Notes under the pieces: model-generated
The model's input: only the letters and a program-made list of their open reading frames with translations
Told to the model about the DNA's origin: nothing
Database searches by the model: none
In this document: in pieces, positions 20,050-29,655 of the stretch
How the letters are laid out: every line of letters starts with the position of its first letter
Numbering within the stretch: position 1 is the first letter of the stretch
Made by a program: the position numbers and the translations under genes
IMG/VR virus record: IMGVR_UViG_3300036985_006427
Span: 45,966 to 109,965 of that record
Direction: 5' to 3' (one strand)
Source: a virus
Length of the DNA stretch: 64,000 nucleotides

Positions 20050-23000
20050 TTAGAATGTAGTTATTGCATTAAATTTATACCACGTAAAACCAGTAGCAGT
20101 TGATCCAAGACACACGGCTATCCCACTCCCGTTATTAGTTCCTAGGTGTGGTATTTCATATAAGGCTACAACGCCTTGTCCTTTGGGTATAATCTGATTG
20201 CTATTACCTATTAATTCCGCAGCGGCTCCAGTTCCCTGAGTTCCACTTGCCAAAGGTAATCTCAATACTCCATATTGATTGATGATAGCGTTTGTTACGG
20301 GATAAGGAGCGCTTGACCCTCCAACTGAAGGAGCGCTTCTGTATTGTGTTTCAAATAAGTTTTTGGATTGATTGCTAACATTATAATTCTCTGGATACAA
20401 CCATAACTTTAAAGCTGATCTGGTCGCTACTGTCGGAGTAAGATTCAGCGCTGAGTTTAAGATTCCAGTTGCCTTGATTGTAGCTGCACCTGCTGCGTCA
20501 TGAGGGTCTAATTTTTTGCCTATGTGCAATGAAGCTCCGATGTTTGGAATATGACCCTGAATACAACCATTGATGTCAATGAGGTTAGGCTGGCCTGTAG
20601 GATGAGCCCAATAAAAATCTATGCCAGTGTTTGCTTGGAACGATATTGAGCTTCTTATTCCACTGGCGGTTCGTCCTGCGTAAGTTCCAATAAACAAAGA
20701 ATGATCGCAATCATACGAGCGATCACCGGCTTGTGTTCCAATCATTACGGCATTACTAGATGCACCACCTGAGAATGCAGTAAAACTTCCAATAAGAACG
20801 CAACCATTCATTCCGCTAGATAGGTATCCAGCGTTCACGCCCATTGCTATGGTTCTGCTTGAATTGTATGATTTAAAACCCGCGTTGTACCCAACACACA
20901 CGCCACTGCTAACTTCTACAGAGTTTCCATCCAAAGCATTCGCTCCAACGCTCACCATACTGAAACAGCCACTGGCAGTTCTCGCTGCATCATAACCAAT
21001 GCTTACATTCAGATTATGACCAGAACCTGCATAAGCAGCCTGTGAACCGATATTTACATTGCTGCCTGCGATATCCACACCGTTACGTCCAGCCGAACTA
21101 CCAATGTTGATATTTCCAGCTAATCTTGGATTTAAGTCAGTATCGACTCTTCCTGCCATCCAACCAATACTTACTGAATTATTTCCTTGAGCAAAAGAGC
21201 GGTCTCCCATTGATATGGAATCGGCTCCACTCACCATAGCGTTACCACTTATTGATCCAGCGTAACTTCCAATACATATACTGTCTACTACACTTCCTCC
21301 AGCAGGAGTCCCAAAGATTACCTGTCCAGCCCCTTTGCCTATATTGATGATAGTCGCATCCTTAACCAAATCGCTTCCGAAACCAGCTCCACTACCAATC
21401 AATATGCTTCCGGGTCCAGCGTTTATGTTCCTAAAACTTGGATTGCTTCGGTTTAGAGCAAAACTATCGATAACAATGGTGCCACTAGGAAAGTTTAATT
21501 GACGTATACTTCCACTTCCATCTGGATCTAATATAATTTTACTGTTTGCAGAAACCAAACCACTGGCTGCACTCAACGCTGTAAAACCAACAATCTGTCC
21601 AGAAGCAAAGGCCGCAATTCCACTGATGGCTAAACCGCTTGCGGTATTTTGTAGAATTTGACCACGCAGAAAATTACCTGAGTTTTGTATTGTATCAAAC
21701 AATACTCCGGATAGTCCACTGGCTCCAATGGTAAACGTATTGGTTCCAGAATCATATTCAGCACTAACTCCAGAAATACCACTTATAGTTACTGTTTGAC
21801 CATTGAGGATAGTGTCATTGGCAAATTTTCCATTCGTTACATTGAATGTATAAGTATTGTTATTGTCATAACCAATGACGAATACACCACTGCTGTTTGT
21901 TCCATCATCTAGGTCGCGATAATCAATGTTGATGCCGCTAACCCCAGAAATAACCAATCTAGATCCAGCAGATCTAAGGTCTGGCGTATTATTGCCGTAA
22001 CCATTTCCACTGGCCAATGTGAAAAAGTTATAAGTTTGTGCAATTATTTGATTTTGTAAAACTCCGGACAAACCGCTTGCCGAAATTGTTAAACTGTTAT
22101 TTGAAGGATCATATTGAACCTCTACTCCACTGACACCACTGACGGTCACGGTTTGTCCATCGGTGATTGGGTCATCGCTCACTTTACCGTTGGTTAATTT
22201 CCAGTTAGCATAAGATCCAGTTCCTCCAACAGTTCCTCCATTCCACACCAACGAGCCTCCATTGTTCCAAAGCATATAACCACCAACACCAGAGTTTAGC
22301 ATTGGTTTATTATCGTGAGGCAGAAAAATGCCTCCGCTGGGAGCCATATAGCCGCTGGTGATAACAGATCCGCTGTTTGTTATTTGATAAAAAGTTGTTC
22401 CATCTCCGCTTTGCATTTGGAAGAACGGAGTGCTGCTGCCAGAACCTTGATGTTGAATGATAAATGCGGCGTCATCAGCAAATTTAGGTTTTACGTACAG
22501 TGTAGCGCTTGGGTTAACATTTTCCGGAGAACCAACGGTCACACGACCCTTGTAAATATCTCCAACAATTGTGTTTCCAACGTTGATCTTGCCGCTAGCT
22601 TGATGTGTCAAGAAACTTGAGCTAGAACCAGAAGCAATGATTTCTATATTTTCATTGCCAGAAACAGATATTCCAGCATTTGACCCCAAGTATACGTTGT
22701 GTACACCGCTGGCATTTTGTGCTGATTTGGTTCCTATTGCTATTGAGTTTGTTAAAACAAGACCAGACAAACCAACATCTCTGCCAATAGCTACGACGTC
22801 AGATGAATTTCTAGAGTATCGAAGTGCGTTTTTTCCAACGGCCACTGAGCTTGATAATAAAGAAGTTTCACCGACAACATCTTTGCCAATCGCAACAATT
22901 TCATTTAAATTAAATGATCCGCTGGCAGATGCATCACCGATCAAATAAGAAGAGTAAATTCCACTGGAACCCTTCACAGAGTTTTGGCCAATAGCAACTA

Positions 23001-24741
23001 CATTTGATAAACCTGAAGCCACAGAAGCTGAGTCTAGGCCGATAGCCACGACAGATGTTGAGCTTCTCATTCCGCTGGCAGAATAATCTCCGATAGCAAC
23101 AACATTATTCAACCCACTGGAGCTAAAGCCTGCGTTTCTACCCACAAAAACAAGACTATTTGAATTTTTTGCACCAGCACCAGCTTCAGTTCCAATGGCT
23201 ACCGTGTGATTTGTACTGTTTGAATTTTGCAAGGCTTTTAGACCAACGCCAATGACACCCGAGGATGAAGCTACGTTTTCACCAGCATTACGACCCACAA
23301 AGATTGAATCAAAGGTTCCGCTAGCCCCAAAGCTTGCGCTTTTCCCAATACTTACCGTGTAATAATTATCGGATAGATTGCCAAGATTTGTATTGTTGTT
23401 GCCATCGCCAATTCTTATCAAATCATCTTTGAAGATCAATTGATTGAAATATCCAGATGCGGCGGAAATTGTACTGTCGCCTTTGACATCCAATGTGTAA
23501 GCTGGAATATCTAAAGAGGCATTTCCACCAACAAGAAGTCTATTGGTAGCATAGTCAAAACGTATTCCGCTGTCATGAGTGATAACTCCGTTAGCCTTAT
23601 AGATAGGAATCATACCTGTAATAAGAACATTGGGATTCTGACCATCTAGACCTAAATTATCTTGAATAACCATTGACCATGCGTTTTTAAGCTCTGTCAC
23701 TGTCGGAAGATCGCTAACAACCAACCTTCGGAAACTAGGAGGACCGTCTGGGCATGGGTTGCACACTCCGCTTATTGGTCCAGAGAACACCGTGGCAACT
23801 TGTTGATCCACAAAGTCTATGATTTGACTCACAACACCACTCAGTTCAATGACACCCTGCGCTGATGAACCTTTTATGTTTCTACGAAATGGTTCAAATT
23901 GTCTTCCACCAGAAGCTGTCTCAAGAGTGTCTGTGAGTTGTCCTCCGGCAAATAAAACTCCAGAACCACCATCAACAAAACCAGAAGCTCTGATTATTGA
24001 GTTGGGAAGTGAACCGCCCACATCTATTGAATATCCGGGGGTTTTGTTTATACCTAAAAATCCGTTTGAATTGTTCCACACAAGATTTGAAGTATAATTT
24101 AAGATTTGTTCATTTTCCCAAAACGCGATGCCGCTTTGCTTGGGCTCTTTGACGTTGTTGGAGATGCCAAATCCGTTGTATACAGATGTCTTTCCGGGAT
24201 ATGTAACAAAAACTTCTTTTACGCCTACACCAAAAGATACTGGCGTTCCAGATGCAGCGTAATCAGATCCGCTTGCAGCCAAAGAAGCAACACCAAGAGC
24301 AGCGTGTTCAGCGATATGATAAAAAGTAATTCCGGGATATCCGTTGAAATTAATTCCACTAACAGACGAAAATGGGCCAGTTGAAAAACCAACTCCTTTT
24401 TCAGCAGATGATCTGGACAACCAAAGAGGATAAAAATATCCAGTGTTGCCATTTGTTGGTCCACTGTTGCTGGTTCCGTTGATATACCAAGGTCCAACAT
24501 TTATCTTGGAACTTCTGAACGGATTTCTAGTAACAGAATCTGTGGAACCGTCTTTCTTGAAGATTCCCGATCCGATCTCATACTGCACATTGTCTGTTAT
24601 AGCATAGAATACTGCGTCTCCAGAAGCATAAAAATCTTTGAAAGCGCTAAAACTAGACACTGGACCATCCAAAGAGATGTTTCCGGTGCCTTGCACTCTG
24701 GACGTTTCTTTTATTCTATCTGCCAAGAAAAAATTTGACAT
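20050..24741 (-). CDS. Long fibre/adhesin-like virion protein (1563 aa) with YadA-head-like repeats
   Basis: Many ~17-aa xxAIGxxA / xxFVGxxAG repeats; N-terminal LADRIKETS domain shared with 33048..33632. Confidence 0.75.
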   Translation of the reverse strand: MSNFFLADRIKETSRVQGTGNISLDGPVSSFSAFKDFYASGDAVFYAITDNVQYEIGSGIFKKDGSTDSVTRNPFRSSKINVGPWYINGTSNSGPTNGNTGYFYPLWLSRSSAEKGVGFSTGPFSSVSGINFNGYPGITFYHIAEHAALGVASLAASGSDYAASGTPVSFGVGVKEVFVTYPGKTSVYNGFGISNNVKEPKQSGIAFWENEQILNYTSNLVWNNSNGFLGINKTPGYSIDVGGSLPNSIIRASGFVDGGSGVLFAGGQLTDTLETASGGRQFEPFRRNIKGSSAQGVIELSGVVSQIIDFVDQQVATVFSGPISGVCNPCPDGPPSFRRLVVSDLPTVTELKNAWSMVIQDNLGLDGQNPNVLITGMIPIYKANGVITHDSGIRFDYATNRLLVGGNASLDIPAYTLDVKGDSTISAASGYFNQLIFKDDLIRIGDGNNNTNLGNLSDNYYTVSIGKSASFGASGTFDSIFVGRNAGENVASSSGVIGVGLKALQNSNSTNHTVAIGTEAGAGAKNSNSLVFVGRNAGFSSSGLNNVVAIGDYSASGMRSSTSVVAIGLDSASVASGLSNVVAIGQNSVKGSSGIYSSYLIGDASASGSFNLNEIVAIGKDVVGETSLLSSSVAVGKNALRYSRNSSDVVAIGRDVGLSGLVLTNSIAIGTKSAQNASGVHNVYLGSNAGISVSGNENIEIIASGSSSSFLTHQASGKINVGNTIVGDIYKGRVTVGSPENVNPSATLYVKPKFADDAAFIIQHQGSGSSTPFFQMQSGDGTTFYQITNSGSVITSGYMAPSGGIFLPHDNKPMLNSGVGGYMLWNNGGSLVWNGGTVGGTGSYANWKLTNGKVSDDPITDGQTVTVSGVSGVEVQYDPSNNSLTISASGLSGVLQNQIIAQTYNFFTLASGNGYGNNTPDLRSAGSRLVISGVSGINIDYRDLDDGTNSSGVFVIGYDNNNTYTFNVTNGKFANDTILNGQTVTISGISGVSAEYDSGTNTFTIGASGLSGVLFDTIQNSGNFLRGQILQNTASGLAISGIAAFASGQIVGFTALSAASGLVSANSKIILDPDGSGSIRQLNFPSGTIVIDSFALNRSNPSFRNINAGPGSILIGSGAGFGSDLVKDATIINIGKGAGQVIFGTPAGGSVVDSICIGSYAGSISGNAMVSGADSISMGDRSFAQGNNSVSIGWMAGRVDTDLNPRLAGNINIGSSAGRNGVDIAGSNVNIGSQAAYAGSGHNLNVSIGYDAARTASGCFSMVSVGANALDGNSVEVSSGVCVGYNAGFKSYNSSRTIAMGVNAGYLSSGMNGCVLIGSFTAFSGGASSNAVMIGTQAGDRSYDCDHSLFIGTYAGRTASGIRSSISFQANTGIDFYWAHPTGQPNLIDINGCIQGHIPNIGASLHIGKKLDPHDAAGAATIKATGILNSALNLTPTVATRSALKLWLYPENYNVSNQSKNLFETQYRSAPSVGGSSAPYPVTNAIINQYGVLRLPLASGTQGTGAAAELIGNSNQIIPKGQGVVALYEIPHLGTNNGSGIAVCLGSTATGFTWYKFNAITTF

Positions 24742-24755
24742 TTATATTCCCTCAA

Positions 24756-25730
24756 TTAAAACGTTGGTGCTGAACTTTCATCTATCATCGTTGGAGGTGT
24801 TCCAGAAGATTCTGAAGGGCTGTAGCCATAGGCGACGAATGAGCAAACTTTACCATCCACATATTGACCGCCTTCGTCTTGAATAACATATGTTACAGAT
24901 CTCAAGAAAGTGCCATCATTGCCAGATCTTGCTATGCAAGAAACCGTATTGACATCCATATCCAAAAGATTAGAATTTGTGCTTGTGCCATTGGATGTTC
25001 CAATAGCTACAAAATTATTATTTTCAAATACGCCAGAAGAAAAAGTGATCTTCAACTTTCCAGCTTCTTTTCTTGATATGCTGTGAATATTATGCCAAGA
25101 GTATACAACGGGAGCATTGTTGGCTCCGCTGGCGCTAAAGTAGACCCAAGCTTTAGCTACGCCCTTGGCGTTGCTTATTGTCGAATTATCTCCCCATTTC
25201 ATTGCTCCAGAAACGTATATTTCTTGGATTGTAGCATTGGCATTCAACTGTTGAAATCTGAATCCGACATCTGGGATGCCAGACTTATTGATCCAATTAG
25301 CTCCTGTTGACATATTTCCAGTCAATGGTCTAGCACCATCACGGTTATAATACTGGGTGTGAGTATCATTTGCTAGACCCGCTAAAGAGTCATGGTTTAT
25401 ACCACTATCGCCAAGCCAAGGCTCCGTTTGTCTTTTTGTTCGTTTGGCCACAGCATCACAATTAGGAAAAAATATACCAGATTCTATTATTAGATCGCCA
25501 TGATCCGCTCCAGCGCTAGCTCCAGAAGAATCAGCCTTTGAAAATTTTACAGCGTTGAAAAACGGAAACTTAACTTCCGTATCGCCACTGGCTACGATTT
25601 TATTTATAGAAAACGCTATGTCTTCCAAGTTATGACGCACATCATAAGCAGAAATAAGACCTGCGTTATTATCAGCAAGTTCTGAACTTATATTAGCAAT
25701 TAACTGACCAGAATTAAGTTGACTAGGCAT
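24756..25730 (-). CDS. Virion structural protein
   Basis: N-terminus LADNNAGLISAYDVRHNL resembles 37080..38681; C-terminal AKAWVYF fibre-tip-like domain. Confidence 0.6.
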   Translation of the reverse strand: MPSQLNSGQLIANISSELADNNAGLISAYDVRHNLEDIAFSINKIVASGDTEVKFPFFNAVKFSKADSSGASAGADHGDLIIESGIFFPNCDAVAKRTKRQTEPWLGDSGINHDSLAGLANDTHTQYYNRDGARPLTGNMSTGANWINKSGIPDVGFRFQQLNANATIQEIYVSGAMKWGDNSTISNAKGVAKAWVYFSASGANNAPVVYSWHNIHSISRKEAGKLKITFSSGVFENNNFVAIGTSNGTSTNSNLLDMDVNTVSCIARSGNDGTFLRSVTYVIQDEGGQYVDGKVCSFVAYGYSPSESSGTPPTMIDESSAPTF

Positions 25731-25742
25731 TTAAGCTCTCCT

Positions 25743-26267
25743 TTAATATTCAAAATATCCGTTACCGGCCCTATGACCGCCAAAGTAGTTCCTAGATACA
25801 CCGTCAGATCCGGGACTGTATGGACCAAGAATTGCTTGACCTCCGATACTGTTTCCGGCTCTGTATTCTAACAACTGTTGTTCAAATTTATCACACAGAT
25901 CTTTGTAAAGAACCGTTAGTGTTTGCGTTACTCCGCGTAGATCGATTGCGGAAGGACCATCTTTTATGGAAATGGCATTTCCGGATTCACTGCGAATAGA
26001 GCCACCGACTATTATACACGCTGTGCGTAAACATATCAAAGTTATGAAAGCTTTGTCTTCATTGCTTGGATCTGTAGGATCTGGCAACAGAGTACAGTTT
26101 TCTACATTTATATTATAATCTTGATTAAAATCCACATTTATTTGCGTGAGTTGGCCAGCCACAAGAATAGCGGTTTCTATTCTATGGTCAGAATATTTAT
26201 AGTTATCTGGATCTACGTCATCTATAAGATATCGAACAATAGTACCCATTTGACCTTGCCAAGACAT
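25743..26267 (-). CDS. Putative head-tail adaptor
   Basis: 174 aa, VRYLIDD...YSDxRI pattern typical of connector proteins; GAGG SD. Confidence 0.55.
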   Translation of the reverse strand: MSWQGQMGTIVRYLIDDVDPDNYKYSDHRIETAILVAGQLTQINVDFNQDYNINVENCTLLPDPTDPSNEDKAFITLICLRTACIIVGGSIRSESGNAISIKDGPSAIDLRGVTQTLTVLYKDLCDKFEQQLLEYRAGNSIGGQAILGPYSPGSDGVSRNYFGGHRAGNGYFEY

Positions 26268-26277
26268 ATCGTCACCT

Positions 26278-26583
26278 CTATAAGTTGCGATGTACTTTAA
26301 AAGTTACAGTGCTAGTGTAAAAACTGCCATTTGCTAGGATGACACGCCCTTGAAGTTTATACAAACCAGCAGTATCTATATCTCCAGACACCGTCGTGTA
26401 ATACATCTTGCCGTCTGTGCCGTTGGTTTCGAAAGTTCCAGATCTAGTCAATATAGATCCATCTGGCTTTTTAATAAAAATAGATAAGCTTGTAGCTGAC
26501 GATATATTTACAATAGCATCATTGTCAGTTATTGTAACTAACAATTTAGTTCCTATGTCTCCCTCTTGGATTTGACTTGCCAT
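26278..26583 (-). CDS. BppU-like Ig-fold structural protein
   Basis: KKPDG...G.MYYT...D.D.AG.Y..QG pattern recalled from BppU/DUF2479-type domains. Confidence 0.55.
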   Translation of the reverse strand: MASQIQEGDIGTKLLVTITDNDAIVNISSATSLSIFIKKPDGSILTRSGTFETNGTDGKMYYTTVSGDIDTAGLYKLQGRVILANGSFYTSTVTFKVHRNL

Positions 26584-26616
26584 ATTGCACCCTTAAAACA
26601 AAAGAAAGGTTTTTTT

Positions 26617-26859
26617 TTAAAGAATAAATTCATTTATTTTTTTTAGTTGAGTATTCAATTCATTTATTTCTTTTATTCCAATTGTTATTTCAAACCCTCT
26701 GGAAATCTTCATGTCAAAGCTTTGCTGTTCATTCACATCCAAGTTTAACGGTAATATTTCATCAATAAACAATTGATAAGCGATAAGATCACCGTTCAGA
26801 GCTTGCTCTGTAGAGGATGATAATGGCACTTCTGACCAAGCTGAGGCGGAAAATATCAT
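26617..26859 (-). CDS. Small structural-module protein
   Basis: 80-aa ORF, MIFSASAWSEVPLS start. Confidence 0.6.
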   Translation of the reverse strand: MIFSASAWSEVPLSSSTEQALNGDLIAYQLFIDEILPLNLDVNEQQSFDMKISRGFEITIGIKEINELNTQLKKINEFIL

Positions 26860-26907
26860 ATGTTTTTTTTATTTATTTATATCAAACGAGTGTGTAGGTA
26901 GGTTTTC

Positions 26908-27525
26908 TTATAGATAATTGTGTGTGATGTAATCAAGGTGATGTTTTCCGTGAAACCCAAAAGAGCTATCGATACTTCCGACCAACTCAGTAGAAAAGGT
27001 CTTAGCTACTTCTTCTGTGGCAAATTTACAATCTGCGTCCTCGTATACTGACCTATTGTGGCAGCAGATGAACACGTCCTCATTAAAGAAGCCATAATTC
27101 GACTTCCAAGGAATATCTTTCTCCTTCGCGAGCTTAAGCAGCTTTTTGCTCCTCAATGAGAAGCCACCGTTGCCAACTCGAATAAGAGTGTTATCTGGCG
27201 TTCTGTAAGAAATTGGATCATTGGGGATCGGCCATATCGCACCAATGTAATCGTAGTTCAAAAAATCATCACGCCATAGGGAAGGATTAATGATAAAGCC
27301 ATCATCTTGTATGATCAGAGCATGAGAAGTATGTATGTATTCTGCTAAGTCATAGACTATGAAACGATTATATTCTTCATAAGTTCTATTCTCATCTAAG
27401 AATATTGCTGAGTCAAAACTGCACAACTCATTCATCTTGTCAAAGATGACTCTAGCTTTAACCTGATTCACTCCGGCTACACAGACTAATGAAGCCGGAA
27501 TCTTGATTTTTTGTGCTGTTTTCAT
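26908..27525 (-). CDS. DUF5672-type putative glycosyltransferase
   Basis: LIIQDDGF, YDYIGAIW, VGNGGFSLRSKKLL, EDVFIC and FGFH motifs. Confidence 0.8.
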   Translation of the reverse strand: MKTAQKIKIPASLVCVAGVNQVKARVIFDKMNELCSFDSAIFLDENRTYEEYNRFIVYDLAEYIHTSHALIIQDDGFIINPSLWRDDFLNYDYIGAIWPIPNDPISYRTPDNTLIRVGNGGFSLRSKKLLKLAKEKDIPWKSNYGFFNEDVFICCHNRSVYEDADCKFATEEVAKTFSTELVGSIDSSFGFHGKHHLDYITHNYL

Positions 27526-27601
27526 ACTGTCTCTTTCCGGATAGTAATTTCATGTTGTAATTCAAAATATAATACACTTTTTATCTAAAATAGACTCTCA
27601 A

Positions 27602-28039
27602 TTACTCTGGGGGAGTTTCTGCTGGAGGAACTGCCCACTCCGTAGTAAGTTCGCTCAGAGTTAATCCAGATGGTTCAATAGTATAGTTGAATGCGGCCCA
27701 TTTATAACGGTCTGCCAATACTCCCGGATAGGAAATGTCGATAAACTCGACAAGACCGGCTGCTGCTGTAAGGATCTGGATAGCTGTGTCTCCCAACACA
27801 TCCAAGATTGACTGCATCTCCGACACAGAATGGCGACTACCGCCACTGACGAATGTGGTGACTTGCACCCCATCAACCTCATTTGTGGATTCTGATCCAC
27901 TTACCCCCCAAAAATCCTCATAAGCAGCCTTGAATTGCTCAAGAATGGTTACTTCAAGTTGATTGGAACGTAGCACCTTGTTGGTGGCATGTTCCTCAGC
28001 ATTGTGTGAAAACGTTGGTGTTGGTACTTCGAACGGCAT
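27602..28039 (-). CDS. Hypothetical protein (possible fibre chaperone)
   Basis: 145 aa, AGGAG SD, follows a fibre-like gene. Confidence 0.6.
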   Translation of the reverse strand: MPFEVPTPTFSHNAEEHATNKVLRSNQLEVTILEQFKAAYEDFWGVSGSESTNEVDGVQVTTFVSGGSRHSVSEMQSILDVLGDTAIQILTAAAGLVEFIDISYPGVLADRYKWAAFNYTIEPSGLTLSELTTEWAVPPAETPPE

Positions 28040-28061
28040 AATCGACTCCTATTGAAAACTG

Positions 28062-29051
28062 TTAAAAAGAAGTTCCCATCATAAGGTTATTTAAATTCAG
28101 GTTGATTGGGGCGGAACTGCCTGTAAGCGTACCAGAGACAGTTGCAACTCCCGCACTACTCGCACTAATCTGAACGGAATTTTCTAGCAAGCCAGAGGCC
28201 GACGCAACTCCCGCAACCGATCCTGCTAAGGTTCCCGAACCTCTTACTGTTCCCGTAAGAGATGCAACACCGGCAGATGTGCCGACAAGTCTACCACTAC
28301 CTTTTAGAACACCAACAGTTGATGCAGTACCAGAAGAATAGTTTCGTGCCGGTCGCAGAGCAATCGTAGTCGTCACCCAAGTTCCAGTGTTTGTGGATGT
28401 CGAGCCGCCGAATATAGCGGGGTTATAATTCCCAGAGGTCCATGTTGTTAGTAGGGCTGTTCCCGCATTTGCGTCGGACGTTGTTGTCGTGATGGTGACG
28501 CTGCGAAAATGGTTAGTTGTCGCTGACATCCCAGCAGGATTTGTGAACACCGCTCCAGCCGCAACACCAGCAGCCCCACATGCTAGAATCCACGAACCAG
28601 CAGTGACTGGCGTAATCGCAGCAGCATTAGCCAAACCTGAATTGACGCCTCCTGCGGTCGTCGGTGTGACGTCCGATGGAGTGGTCGTATCTACCCCACG
28701 AAACGCATGAATTACAACAGCAACACCAGCCGTCGTAGCATTGCTCGCTGGGATTGAAACCGTTGCGTCCGGTGTCACGCCCATGAACTTATACGAGACT
28801 AATTGATTCGCATTGTTGTCGTCGTCTCGATACAGGTCTGTTGCAGTAAACGCCGTGTACCCGGTTGGCGTCATTTGCGCGTTTGTGCGGTTGACGTTGT
28901 CGGTTGATATCACATAGTTTACAACAATGATGTCGTGCTGCAACAGGGTTGCAGACGCTCCGGCTGCATCAAGTAAGTCCGTGAGGGAGCAAGACTGTTC
29001 AGTCGTAGCATTATGTATGAATGTCTTGCTTCCAACGAACGTGATTGCCAT
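28062..29051 (-). CDS. Thr/Ala/Gly-rich virion accessory protein
   Basis: MAITFVGS start, AFRGVDTTTP motif; visibly GC-richer than flanks. Confidence 0.65.
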   Translation of the reverse strand: MAITFVGSKTFIHNATTEQSCSLTDLLDAAGASATLLQHDIIVVNYVISTDNVNRTNAQMTPTGYTAFTATDLYRDDDNNANQLVSYKFMGVTPDATVSIPASNATTAGVAVVIHAFRGVDTTTPSDVTPTTAGGVNSGLANAAAITPVTAGSWILACGAAGVAAGAVFTNPAGMSATTNHFRSVTITTTTSDANAGTALLTTWTSGNYNPAIFGGSTSTNTGTWVTTTIALRPARNYSSGTASTVGVLKGSGRLVGTSAGVASLTGTVRGSGTLAGSVAGVASASGLLENSVQISASSAGVATVSGTLTGSSAPINLNLNNLMMGTSF

Positions 29052-29054
29052 AGA

Positions 29055-29495
29055 TTAGTCCTCAGAGATTGACAATTGTCCGATAGCAAACGCTGGCGTG
29101 ATTCCGTTAGAGACTACAAGCGATGAAGACAGAGAACCTTTGTAGAGCACCTTTCCTGTACCGCTGATGGCAGTGCCGACAGCAAAATGCGTAATCGTAT
29201 TTGTTCCGCCCGTCGCTGCAGGAAAAGTAACGGCTCCAGCATTGGTCGCCGTGCCGGTCGTCACGGTCCACGTTGCACCAGATCTAGCGATTGCAACACG
29301 AGCATAGCTCGTATAAGTGGCTTCAGTGGTCGATTGGGTTCCTGTCTCACCAACGTCGGCTGTGTGAAGAGACACGTACAGTGATCCCGCTGTAGTTGAA
29401 CCGCGTAGCCCAGTCGCGTCCCCAACCAACGCACAATCGATGTTGTTCAGGATTAGCGACAACAAATCAGATTCGAATGTATTTCCTTTTGACAT
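29055..29495 (-). CDS. Small virion structural protein (paralogue of 38691..39179)
   Basis: LYVSLHTAD...YARVA...VTFPAAT...ITHFA pattern. Confidence 0.7.
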   Translation of the reverse strand: MSKGNTFESDLLSLILNNIDCALVGDATGLRGSTTAGSLYVSLHTADVGETGTQSTTEATYTSYARVAIARSGATWTVTTGTATNAGAVTFPAATGGTNTITHFAVGTAISGTGKVLYKGSLSSSLVVSNGITPAFAIGQLSISED

Positions 29496-29507
29496 TATTT
29501 TTTACCC

Positions 29508-29590
29508 TTAGTAAATAGTGAAAGTATCACCGCCAGTCGGTGCTGTTGTGAATGCGTACCCTACTGCGACAGTAATTGTCGTCGTATCGA
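29508..29590 (-). pseudogene. Orphan 3' fragment of a tail-protein gene
   Basis: Reads DTTTITVAVGYAFTTAPTGGDTFTIY* with no credible start or SD; sits at the edge of the GC-richer segment. Confidence 0.55.
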
Positions 29591-29655
29591 TATTTGATCC
29601 TTGGAATTTAGTGAGTGTCTCTGTAAATAAATACACAATTAGAACTCTTAATGCA